Origin: Chloroflexota bacterium
GTDB lineage: Bacteria > Chloroflexota > Anaerolineae > Anaerolineales > UBA4823
Assembly (NCBI GenBank): GCA_037444705.1
Contig: JBBILY010000005.1
Location: forward strand, 1-41,031
Reading direction: 5' to 3'
DNA: 41,031 bases
Position 1 is the first letter of the stretch. Every line of letters begins with the position of its first letter. The translations under genes were made by a program, and so were the position numbers. Below the pieces are notes generated by a model that made no database searches, was not told the origin of the DNA, and worked only from the letters and a program-made list of their open reading frames with translations. Positions 27,965 to 36,144 of the stretch are shown one piece after another.

Positions 27965-28681
27965 CCTGCGCGGCGTGTTCTACATTGCTCTGAAAGACCT
28001 GAAGGCCTACTATTTTAAGCCGCCCAACATCGGTTGGGGCATCCTTTCCCGTTTGCCTTCATCCTGGCCTTCGCCATCCGCAACCCCGGCGACCTGCGCG
28101 CCCTGGTGCCGGGCCTGCTGGGGCTGACAATCCTTTTTGGCACCAGTTCAATGGAGGCCATCGTCATCGTCTTCGAGCGGCGCATCGGTTCGCTGGAACG
28201 GCTGCTGCTGGCACCCATCCGCCTGCCGGCCCTGCTGGCCGGAAAACTGCTCGGCGGGATGACCTTCGGGCTGACGGTGACTCTCGTGGTGCTGGTCATC
28301 TCGCTGGCCGTCTTCGGCTCGCGCGGGAGCGACTGGCTGCTCCTGTTCCTGGCGCTGTTGCTCTCGGCGACGGCTTTTTCCGCGCTGGGCGCCTACGTCT
28401 CGGTGGCGGTCAGGGAGGTCTTCGAGGCGCAGACGCTGGCGAACTTCATCCGCTTCCCGATGATGTTCCTGGGCGGCGCGTTTATGCCGCTGGAATCTCT
28501 GCCCCTCTGGCTGCAGGTGGTGGCCCGCTGCCTGCCGCTGACCTATTCAGTTGAAGCCTTGCGCGCCGCGCTTACGGGCGGTTCATGGGCAACCGCTGCG
28601 CTCGACCTGGGCGTGCTGGCAGCGTTCAGCGTGGTTTTGTTCCTGCTCGCTGCCTATACCTTGGCGCGGTGTATCATATAA
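27951..28681 (+). pseudogene. ABC-2 permease, frameshift at TTT 28045-28047
   Basis: GGAGG-ATG 27951 gives MLTDD..IA.KD..WGIL. One added T continues into FP..PGL..ER..GSLERLL.AP..PLTY.V. Confidence 0.8.
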
Positions 28682-28796
28682 TTTAAAGATTGCCTGTTTC
28701 TCGAACCGGACCACCCCAATCTTTCCCCACCATATGAACGAGGCAATCTGCAAATAAGTTGTTCAACATGTAAGCCGTTGTCAAAAGGATGAGAAG

Positions 28797-29075
28797 ATGA
28801 ACCCTCACCTGAATTCCAAAACAGAAAACACGAAAAACAAAAAGTCGAAACAGCCCAAGAGGCAAACACCGCAGTGCACCTGCCTTCAGGATCCTTTTGC
28901 GACCTTGCCCCCCGAGCTCAGCCCCCGTCAAAGATCCTGGATGGATAGCCTTCGTAAAGTTACCTGTCCAGGGTGCGGCGCCAAGTTTTGGACGAACCGT
29001 AAGACGGACTTATGCGCGGATTGCGAAAAGAAGGGTCTGAAATTACCCGATACAAACACTAAATCGGGAGGTTGA
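28797..29075 (+). CDS. small Cys-rich zinc-binding protein
   Basis: CTC..DPF..LP.ELxP..CPGCG..FWTNR..CxxC. Confidence 0.7.
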   Translation: MNPHLNSKTENTKNKKSKQPKRQTPQCTCLQDPFATLPPELSPRQRSWMDSLRKVTCPGCGAKFWTNRKTDLCADCEKKGLKLPDTNTKSGG

Positions 29076-29077
29076 GA

Positions 29078-29365
29078 ATGCTCAATATCAAGATACTCGG
29101 CCCAGGTTGTGCCAAATGCTACGCCGTTGAGCGGGTGGCAGCGATTAGTCTGGAGACTCTACTGCGGGAAATTCCAGACCTGGAAGCCACCCTCGTGCAC
29201 ATCGAAGATTGGAACGAGATTGGGCAGTACCCTATCCTGATCACGCCCGGGTTAGTTGTCAATGAGAAATTAGTCTGCGCTGGCCGGGTTCCTAAGAAAG
29301 AGGAGGTCATCCAATGGTATAGAGAGGCACTGAATCAGAACGATCGGAAGCAAGGCACTCCTTAG
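29078..29365 (+). CDS. MTH895-type thioredoxin (CAKC)
   Basis: IKILGPGCAKC..TPGLVVNE.L...GRVP..W. Confidence 0.9.
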   Translation: MLNIKILGPGCAKCYAVERVAAISLETLLREIPDLEATLVHIEDWNEIGQYPILITPGLVVNEKLVCAGRVPKKEEVIQWYREALNQNDRKQGTP

Positions 29366-29621
29366 AGGTGAGTTATCTATCTGGATATCGTTGCACGAAG
29401 AGAACTGCGCTGGCAGCGAAAACGCTTGGCGGGCGTCTTGCCGGAAGCTCGCTATCCAGATGATATAGGCCAGGGTCAAACTGGAACCTATCCATGGTGA
29501 TGATGAACGCGCGTTTGAATTGCGTTTACGGGGGCTTGTCGGGTTGATTAACTTCGTTTTTCTGGCGCTTTGTTCAGACTTCCAGCAGCAAATAGGCGCC
29601 AAACTTGAGGAGAGTTAACTT

Positions 29622-29900
29622 ATGTGCCAATCGAGTGTCTGGTTGCGCTACCCGGATGGGCGGGTTGAGAAGATCGCCGATGACGTGTTGATCGTCACCC
29701 AGGAGGGCGACACGGTAGTGTTGCGCTGGTTCCTGGCGGAGCCACGGCGGGTGGTCGGCACGATCCAGGAGGTGGATGCGACCAAGCATGTCATCACCCT
29801 GAACGCGCCGCGCTCATTGGGTGATCGCACGGAGCAGCTCGAAACTGCTGCCCCTCTCCCGCGTGCTGGAACAGACCGCACCCATCCCCATCCGCACTGA
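29622..29900 (+). CDS. cooT: CooT-family nickel-binding protein
   Basis: MC...V.L..E.I..DV..G..V.L..G.I.EVD..H.I, with His-rich tail HPHPH. Confidence 0.7.
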   Translation: MCQSSVWLRYPDGRVEKIADDVLIVTQEGDTVVLRWFLAEPRRVVGTIQEVDATKHVITLNAPRSLGDRTEQLETAAPLPRAGTDRTHPHPH

Positions 29901-29968
29901 CGCAACAATGCCTGAGGTGTCTTTGTATACTGCCGAGGTTTGATCGGCCACGAGAAAGCGAGAACGAC

Positions 29969-30184
29969 ATGAAAAAGAATCTCACCGTTGTAGTGGAAGA
30001 TAAGGATGTCATCGAGTTGATGCGCATCCTGATGGATGACGACGCAGAGGGGGCGTTAGCATTTCTCAAGCAGCATTTCAAGGGAAAGGCACGTGACCTG
30101 CTCGAAGGCGGCTGAAAAGTGTTGATCGAGGTGCCTGGTGCAGGCATCATCAGTGAACCGCTGAGGAACTTTTATGTACCTTAA
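29969..30184 (+). CDS. small protein absent from the ORF track; candidate selenoprotein (UGA 30113-30115)
   Basis: 48 codons MKKNL..DDDAEGALAFLK..LLEGG, then TGA, then a SECIS-like hairpin. The frame continues 22 codons to TAA 30182-30184. Confidence 0.6.
30122..30153 (+). promoter_or_regulatory. candidate bacterial SECIS
   Basis: TTGAT..GGTGCCTG-GTG-CAGGCATC-ATCAG. The G-initiated loop is 22 nt after the UGA. Confidence 0.55.
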
Positions 30185-30689
30185 ATCCATTGTTCTCATC
30201 CGCACCCTGCCCTGCCTGGCCGAGCCGGGTAAGATCATCGTTGTCGGCAAACCGGATCGTTCCCTGGTCGAGGTGATCCCTTATATGGCGACGTTACCCG
30301 GGATCATTGCCTATAATCCCGATACCTGTACATTGACCTTTCGCCGCCAGCCAGGCTTTCTGACACTTAACCCGGAGAAAGTGTATATCACCCAGGTGCG
30401 AGATGCCGAAGAAGGTCTCGAACTCCTCGCCGCACTCAAGGATGCCATCAACGCCACTTGGGAGCAGCGCCATAACTTGAAACCAGCAACCGAAAAAAGA
30501 CAGGCGCCCCGTCACCTAGATATATTTGCACTCCTCCCACAAACCAACTGCAAGCAGTGCGGCGAAGCCACCTGCCTGGCGTTTGCCGTGAACCTGATCT
30601 TGCACAAGCGTGCGCTCGAAGAATGCATTCCTCTCCAAAACGATGCAGCCTTCACGGATCGGAGAGCGACCTTGGAAGCGATGTTGTAG
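30174..30689 (+). CDS. (Fe-S)-binding protein with C-terminal CxxCxxxxC..C domain
   Basis: I..LLPQTNCKQCGEATCLAFA..C.PL. Confidence 0.88.
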   Translation: MYLKSIVLIRTLPCLAEPGKIIVVGKPDRSLVEVIPYMATLPGIIAYNPDTCTLTFRRQPGFLTLNPEKVYITQVRDAEEGLELLAALKDAINATWEQRHNLKPATEKRQAPRHLDIFALLPQTNCKQCGEATCLAFAVNLILHKRALEECIPLQNDAAFTDRRATLEAML

Positions 30690-30707
30690 TTGTATAAGGA
30701 AAAATCT

Positions 30708-31934
30708 ATGACACGATTGATTGAAACTGCCCTTGAAAAGGCGCAGGCCATCCTAAGTACTGAGTGTAGCCCGATTGGGTTGATGGCCTCGCCTGAAGGC
30801 TACCCTCACGTTTGGGCGCGCGACAGCGTTATCACCTCGCTAGGCGCGCTGCTCTCTCCTGGCCATGAAACCTGCCTCAAGATTTCTCTACAAACCCTGG
30901 CCAGCCAGCAGTCCGAATTGGGCGCCATCCCTAACAACGTTAGCGTGGCTACCGGGCGATTAGATCACACCAACGCCGGCTCGGTGGATTCCAACCTGTG
31001 GTTCATCCTGGGGCACGCTTTTCAGTATCGCGCTTCAGGGGAGGTAAACTTTCTGCAGGCGCAATGGCCGTCCCTGGAAAAGGCTCTGCTCTGGCTGCGC
31101 TACCAGGACTCGAATGGCTGCGGTCTGCTGGAGGTCCACGAAGCGGCTGATTGGGCGGACCTGCTGGCGAACCGTTTCAACATTTTGTACGACAATGTGC
31201 TGTGGTACGCTGCCCTGCGCGCCATGGCCGAGATGGCGCGCGCTCTAGGTTTGGACGGCAGCCACTACGACGAAATGGCGGACGATGTACGCCATAAGAT
31301 TCGCATCGTGCTGTGGGTCGGACCGGAAAACGAAAGTGAGTGGGGTCCGGGTTGCCCGGGCCATACCGAATGGAAACACACCCTCAGCCAGGTGGACGCA
31401 GTGTTGGTCAAGCGGCCCTTCTTCCTGCCCTATGTGGCTTTCCGCGATTTTGGCGACTACTGCGACGTGTTCGGCAACCTGCTGGCGATCCTCTTTGACG
31501 TCGCCAACCCGGCCCAGGAGAAGCGCATCCTGGACTACCTGCGCCAGGTGGACATCGCCAATCCTTACCCGGTGCGGGTGTTGCACCCGGTGATCCATCC
31601 CGGGGACAAGGACTGGCGTGAGTATTACCGCAACAACAACCTCAACCTGCCGCATCAATATCACAATGGGGGCATCTGGCCTTTTGTGGGTGGCTTTTAC
31701 GTCGCATCGCTGGTCAAGGCCGGGCGCATGGACGAGGCCCACCGCCAATTAGAAAAACTGGCCGAGGTCAACCGGCTGGGGATCGAGGCGGAGTGGGAGT
31801 TCAACGAGTGGTGCCACGGGCTAAGCGGGCAGCCAATGGGCTACCCCCACCAGGCCTGGTCGGCGGGGATGTACGTTTTTGCTTATCACTGCGTGGCTGA
31901 AGGGCGTGTGCCATTCCCCGAGATCAGGAGGTAA
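30708..31934 (+). CDS. GH100/amylo-1,6-glucosidase-like (alpha/alpha)6 glycoside hydrolase
   Basis: Y..VWARD, DS.LW, DW.D, YHNGGIWPF.GG, FNEW..G..G.P.G..Q.WSA. Confidence 0.85.
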   Translation: MTRLIETALEKAQAILSTECSPIGLMASPEGYPHVWARDSVITSLGALLSPGHETCLKISLQTLASQQSELGAIPNNVSVATGRLDHTNAGSVDSNLWFILGHAFQYRASGEVNFLQAQWPSLEKALLWLRYQDSNGCGLLEVHEAADWADLLANRFNILYDNVLWYAALRAMAEMARALGLDGSHYDEMADDVRHKIRIVLWVGPENESEWGPGCPGHTEWKHTLSQVDAVLVKRPFFLPYVAFRDFGDYCDVFGNLLAILFDVANPAQEKRILDYLRQVDIANPYPVRVLHPVIHPGDKDWREYYRNNNLNLPHQYHNGGIWPFVGGFYVASLVKAGRMDEAHRQLEKLAEVNRLGIEAEWEFNEWCHGLSGQPMGYPHQAWSAGMYVFAYHCVAEGRVPFPEIRR

Positions 31935-31939
31935 TGCTC

Positions 31940-32685
31940 ATGTCAGACCCCATTTCTATTCTGGCTGAGGCCATTCAACGCAAAAAAAACCTGCCGTCCT
32001 GGCAACGGTGGTAGAGGTGCAAGGCGCCTCGCCGGCTAAGACAGGGGCTCAGATTGTCCTGCTGGAGGATGGCACAACTGTCGGGACGGTAGGTGGTGGA
32101 AAATTTGAGGCGGCGATCATCGCCGAGGCCCATGCTGCCCTGAGCGATGGGCAGCCACGTCTCAAGCACTATGCCCTCACCGAAGCCGGCAAAGATGCCG
32201 TTGGCACTCTGTGCGGCGGGGAGGTGCGCGTCTTCATCCAGCCCTATCTTCCACCGCCTCGACTGGTGATCGTCGGTGGAGGGCATATCGGCCGCCCGCT
32301 CAAGGTGATGGGCGAAGCGGCCGGGTTTGAGGTCATTGTGGTGGATGTGGAGCCGGGTCGCGCGGACGTCCCAGGGTTGGATTCGGTCCAATTAACGGCG
32401 GACAGCTTCATCGTCCTGATCACGACCGATCACATCTCGGACGAAGCCGCGCTGCGGCAGGTCATCCATTCCCCCGTCCGTTATATCGGTATGATCGGCA
32501 GCCGTCATAAATGTAAGACCATTCTGGGACATCTGCGCGCCGATGGAATTGATGAAGAAGCCCTGAAGCGCGTCTATGCCCCGATAGGTCTGAATCTGGG
32601 TGGACCAACGCCCGGGGAGATCGCTGTCTCAATTCTGGCGGAAATCATTGCCGTGCGACGTGGGGGTAAAGCGGCGGCTCGCTGA
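31940..32685 (+). pseudogene. xdhC: XdhC/CoxI-family Moco chaperone, frameshift at A8 31982-31989
   Basis: LATVV..G..P..GA..GT.GGG..E, CGG, GGGH, YIGMIGS..K, .PIGL.LG..P.EIA.SI.AE. Confidence 0.82.
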
Positions 32686-32705
32686 ACGCGACAATCCAGA
32701 TTCCT

Positions 32706-33575
32706 TTATACCGCGATCAGAATTGCCCCAACCACCATGATGAGCGCGCCAGGTAAGCGGCGCGGCACATCTTTTTCCCGCAGAAAAATGAACGCCCATA
32801 ATAACGCGAAGACCGAACTCATCTTGAACAGGGTTGCGACATAGCCGACAAGCCCAAGACTGAAAGCCGCGTAGCCAAAGAGCGGCGCAATTCCGCCAAT
32901 TGCGCCCAGCGCGACGAAACCGCGCAGGCGGGCGCGCACCTGCTTAAACGGGTTACGGACATGCGAAAGCATAAGCAGAAACAGGATCAGCGTCAATGCC
33001 AACAGCGCGCCAAAAGCCGCGGCGGTTGGATTTTGGGGAAAGGTGTGTTGGATCGCGGTCTTCTCGAATACTGGTGTGATTCCCCACAGTGCGCTGGCGG
33101 CGATAGCCAGCCATAATGCCCGTTGATGAGCCAGGACCTGCAATGGCGCAAACGCCTCACGCCAGGATGAGAGCGCAAGCAGGTACGCGCCAATTATCAC
33201 CAGCCCCACGCCGATCAGCGGAACTGGCGAAGGTCTCTCCCTCAGGGTAACAGACGAGACCAGGAGTGTGACCGCGGGGCTGAAGACAAATAAAGGCGCG
33301 ACCAGCGAGGCGTCGCCTTCTTTCAAAGCCTGCGTTGCCGTCAGGTGCGCCAATGTGTTCAAGACCGCCGAGCCGAGAACGCCGATGAAGAACCAGCCAT
33401 CCACGCGCGGCAAGGGACCGAAGAAAAGGATGAGATTGAGCGCCAGCAATGGGAGACCAAAGGCTTGCCCTGCCCAGGCAACCACCCAAATATCGGTATC
33501 AGTCAGCAGACGTTTGTTGATGATGGGATTGAACGAAGTCAACAGCGCTGCGCAAAGAGCGAAAATAATCCACAT
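32706..33575 (-). CDS. EamA/DMT-family transporter
   Basis: Two DMT repeats (AL..GD.SLV.P...P..L.E.P..G; FL.E..R..G). Start 33575 or 33584. Confidence 0.85.
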   Translation of the reverse strand: MWIIFALCAALLTSFNPIINKRLLTDTDIWVVAWAGQAFGLPLLALNLILFFGPLPRVDGWFFIGVLGSAVLNTLAHLTATQALKEGDASLVAPLFVFSPAVTLLVSSVTLRERPSPVPLIGVGLVIIGAYLLALSSWREAFAPLQVLAHQRALWLAIAASALWGITPVFEKTAIQHTFPQNPTAAAFGALLALTLILFLLMLSHVRNPFKQVRARLRGFVALGAIGGIAPLFGYAAFSLGLVGYVATLFKMSSVFALLWAFIFLREKDVPRRLPGALIMVVGAILIAV

Positions 33576-33637
33576 CTGTACCATTATAGCGCCGTTATTA
33601 ATCACGGAAAGTCACCCAGGATAAATGACAAATTGCA

Positions 33638-33680
33638 TTGACGAAATTCCGGTCTGAAATATAATTCAACGCATGTTGAA
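33638..33680 (+). promoter_or_regulatory. arsR promoter (probably leaderless) with overlapping palindrome
   Basis: TTGACG-16-TATAAT, ATG 7 nt after the -10, TTCAAC-GCAT-GTTGAA over the start. Confidence 0.65.
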
Positions 33681-34071
33681 CTATTTTGACGCTCAAATTC
33701 CGGCCCCACCCGTTAACCTGCAAGCGCTGGCAGAACGCCTGAAAGTATTAGCCGAGCCGAAGCGCCTGCTCATCTTCAACTTGCTGATGGAAGGCGTGCA
33801 GTGCAACTGCGAACTGGGCGATGCCCTCGACATGCCTCCCAACCTGGTTTCGCATCATCTGAGCAAACTGCGCGAAGCGGGTCTGGTGGATGTAGAACGT
33901 GACGCGGTGGACGCACGCTGGGTATATTACTCGGTCAACCGCGCCGCGCTGGAAGAACTCAACGCAGCGCTGGGTGCGTTCTTTGACCCGGCGCGGATCA
34001 AACCGCGGCGTCTCACCTGTGGACCCAGGAATCTAATTTCCATTACCGAGGCAAATAAAGCCAGCAGGTAA
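33673..34071 (+). CDS. arsR: ArsR/SmtB-family repressor
   Basis: K.LAEP.RL.I..L..CNCEL..SHHL..LR.AGLV..W.YYS. Confidence 0.92.
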   Translation: MLNYFDAQIPAPPVNLQALAERLKVLAEPKRLLIFNLLMEGVQCNCELGDALDMPPNLVSHHLSKLREAGLVDVERDAVDARWVYYSVNRAALEELNAALGAFFDPARIKPRRLTCGPRNLISITEANKASR

Positions 34072-34143
34072 AGTATAGGACCGTCATTGTGAGCAGAGCG
34101 AAGCAATCCCTTTATAGGATCCCAGCCTTTGGAGAGAACCAAC

Positions 34144-34491
34144 ATGAGCGACGTTATCCCCCTGCGGAACAGCCTGCCGACTTCCATCGCCCCCGTGGAT
34201 GTGGAACTCTTCGACCCGCCGATGTGCTGTCCAACTGGTTTGTGCGGACCGACCCTCGACCAGAGCCTGCTGGATGTCAATGAGATGATCTTATCTCTCC
34301 AGCGAGACAACCTGCGCGTGGAACGCTATCAAATGGCAAGCAATCCCAACGCCTTTCTCGCCAACGCCGAAGTGATGAAACTGATTCGAGAGAAACAGAT
34401 GGACGCCCTGCCGATTACGGTTGTGCGCGGCAAGTTCGTCAAAGTCGGGGTGTATCCGACGCTGGAGGAAGTCAAAGCCGCGCTATCGTAG
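34144..34491 (+). CDS. arsD: arsenite metallochaperone ArsD
   Basis: FDPPMCCPTGLCGP..D..RY....P..F..LPIT.V.G..G.YP. Confidence 0.92.
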   Translation: MSDVIPLRNSLPTSIAPVDVELFDPPMCCPTGLCGPTLDQSLLDVNEMILSLQRDNLRVERYQMASNPNAFLANAEVMKLIREKQMDALPITVVRGKFVKVGVYPTLEEVKAALS

Positions 34492-34506
34492 CCCAAATTT
34501 CCAGTT

Positions 34507-34583
34507 TGTACCGCAAGTCAGAGACTTGCGTTACAGTTACGCGGCAGGGTTGTCTTGTGCCGCTAGTCAGCGACTTGTGGCAC
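34507..34583. repeat. two degenerate REP copies
   Basis: TGTACCGCAAGTC-AGA-GACTTGCGTTACA (34507-34535) and GTGCCGCTAGTC-AGC-GACTTGTGGCAC (34557-34583). Confidence 0.65.
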
Positions 34584-34635
34584 GGTTGTGCGACAAGAAC
34601 GAAATCCGCAACGTACTCAATGGAGCAAATACCCC

Positions 34636-35595
34636 ATGACTTTTTCACCGAACGACTCTTCGACTACTCGATCATCCGACTATCAAACCATCCGACCATC
34701 TAACTATCCGACTACCTTCATTTTCTTCTCCGGCAAAGGCAGCGTTGGCAAGACGGTCGCCTCGTGCATGACGGCGATCTGGCTGGCGCGGCAGGGATAC
34801 AAGACTTTGCTATTGACCACCGATCCCGCGGCGCATTTGAGCGATGTGCTGGATACGCCTGTTGGTGACGAAGTGACCTCTGTGATCGGACAGCCCAATT
34901 TGTGGGCGGTCAAGAAAGACCTGAAAGCCGCCACCGAAACCTACAGGGCACGTATTCTCGACGACGCACGTCAGCGCGGGCGAGCGGAATCGGCAATCAA
35001 GGTGATGGAGGAGGAACTCAACTCACCCTGCACTGAAGAAATTGCCGCGTTCGACAAGTTCATCGAATACGCTTCACAGGATGACTGGCTGGTGGTGGTC
35101 TTCGACATCGCCCCGACGGGTCACACCCTGCGCCTACTGGTACTGCCCGTGGATTGGAGCAAGTAGATTGACGTGAAGGTCTTCGCATCGGTGGATACGG
35201 CCGCCGCCGACGAGGTTGCCAAAGCGCGTTTTGGGAAAGTCATCGCAATGATGTCCGACCTTGAGCAAAGCACCTTTGCCTTTGTGATGTATCCCGAAGC
35301 GACCCCCATTATCGAAGCCTGGCGCGCCGCGCAGGAACTGGCAACGGTCGGTGTGTAGCCTGGGTTGGTGGTGGTCAACATGGTCATCCTGCCCGAAGCG
35401 GCAAGCACGCCGTTTGTGCAGTCTCGCCGCGCCACGCAGGAAAAATACCTGGCGGAGATTCGCGAACGCTTCGGCCTGCCGCTGGTGCAAATCCCGCTGT
35501 TGCCGCAGGAGGTGAAAGGCTTGCGAATGCTGGCGGAGTTGGGAGAGCAAATTTACGGTGAGACTTCGGAAGTCTATGAGAGGAGACACGGATAA
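34636..35595 (+). pseudogene. arsA: single-domain ArsA ATPase with two in-frame TAG stops
   Basis: SGKGSVGKT, TDPA.HL, SPCTEE.A.F, DIAPTGHTLRLL, PE.TP. TAG at 35164 and 35356. Confidence 0.88.
34653..34716 (+). repeat. 8 x 8-bp degenerate tandem repeat (consensus CGACTATC)
   Basis: cgactctt cgactact cgatcatc cgactatc aaaccatc cgaccatc taactatc cgactacc. Confidence 0.75.
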
Positions 35596-35926
35596 CACAG
35601 CCCTGATCTTCACCGCCAATGGCATGGGGAACGCCCCGCAGGAATTACAGCAATTGCTGGCTAACAAATTTCTCGGGTTGCTGCTGGAATCTCAGGCGCT
35701 GCCCGCAAAAATCCTGTTCTACACCGATGGCGTCAAACTGGCGTGTAACGGTTCGCCTGTGCTGGATAATTTAAGGAAGATACAGGAACGCGGCGTGGAA
35801 CTCATCTTATGCTCCACCTGCCTGGAATATTTCGGGCTGACTGAACAAGTTGCTGTAGGCATCGTGGGCGGCATGCCCGACATTATCGAAGCCATGCAGA
35901 AAGCCGGAAAGGTGATTCATCTATGA
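35576..35926 (+). CDS. DsrE/YedF-like sulfur/selenium-transfer protein
   Basis: FYTDGVKL..L...GV....CSTCL.Y.GL..VG.VGGM. Confidence 0.85.
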   Translation: MRGDTDNTALIFTANGMGNAPQELQQLLANKFLGLLLESQALPAKILFYTDGVKLACNGSPVLDNLRKIQERGVELILCSTCLEYFGLTEQVAVGIVGGMPDIIEAMQKAGKVIHL

Positions 35927-36064
35927 GCCAGCCCTTCGGCTGTTTTTAGGTCCAAAAAGCCAGTGATAGCCTTGCTAGGAATGAGCCAGCCTGACGAATT
36001 GCGGTTCATGTCAAATTCTCCTGTTCTGTGAGAGATTTGCCACCACAGTCCGTCGGGTAAAACG

Positions 36065-36092
36065 AAAAACCATAGCGTTACAGGCTATGGTT
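36065..36092 (-). terminator. intrinsic terminator downstream of tRNA 3' fragment
   Basis: AACCATAGC-N7-GCTATGGTT followed by a T-run on the minus strand. Confidence 0.7.
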
Positions 36093-36099
36093 CTAAAGA

Positions 36100-36142
36100 G
36101 TAGCGGGGCTTGGATTCGAACCAAGGACCTTCGGGTTATGAG
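36100..36142 (-). tRNA. 3' half of tRNA-Met(CAT, initiator-like) = attachment-site fragment, not a full tRNA
   Basis: CTCATAACCCGAAGGTCCTTGGTTCGAATCCAAGCCCCGCTAC: anticodon loop, T-arm and acceptor 3' strand. The 5' half is replaced by the integrase end. Confidence 0.9.
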
Positions 36143-36144
36143 GA

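Noticed and set aside
29366-29621. Possible gene remnant between the thioredoxin and cooT
   Set aside because: Short open stretches, but no start, RBS or recognisable motif.
29898-29930. Sec read-through of the cooT UGA
   Set aside because: Another stop follows after four codons and there is no convincing SECIS.
35164-35358. Pyrrolysine or amber recoding of the two TAGs in arsA
   Set aside because: Both fit CAG-to-TAG changes, catalytic motifs are also mutated, TAG is a normal stop in many genes here, and no pyl genes are visible.
36100-36142. Complete tRNA-Met gene
   Set aside because: The D-arm and 5' acceptor strand are absent, and the sequence runs into the integrase stop.
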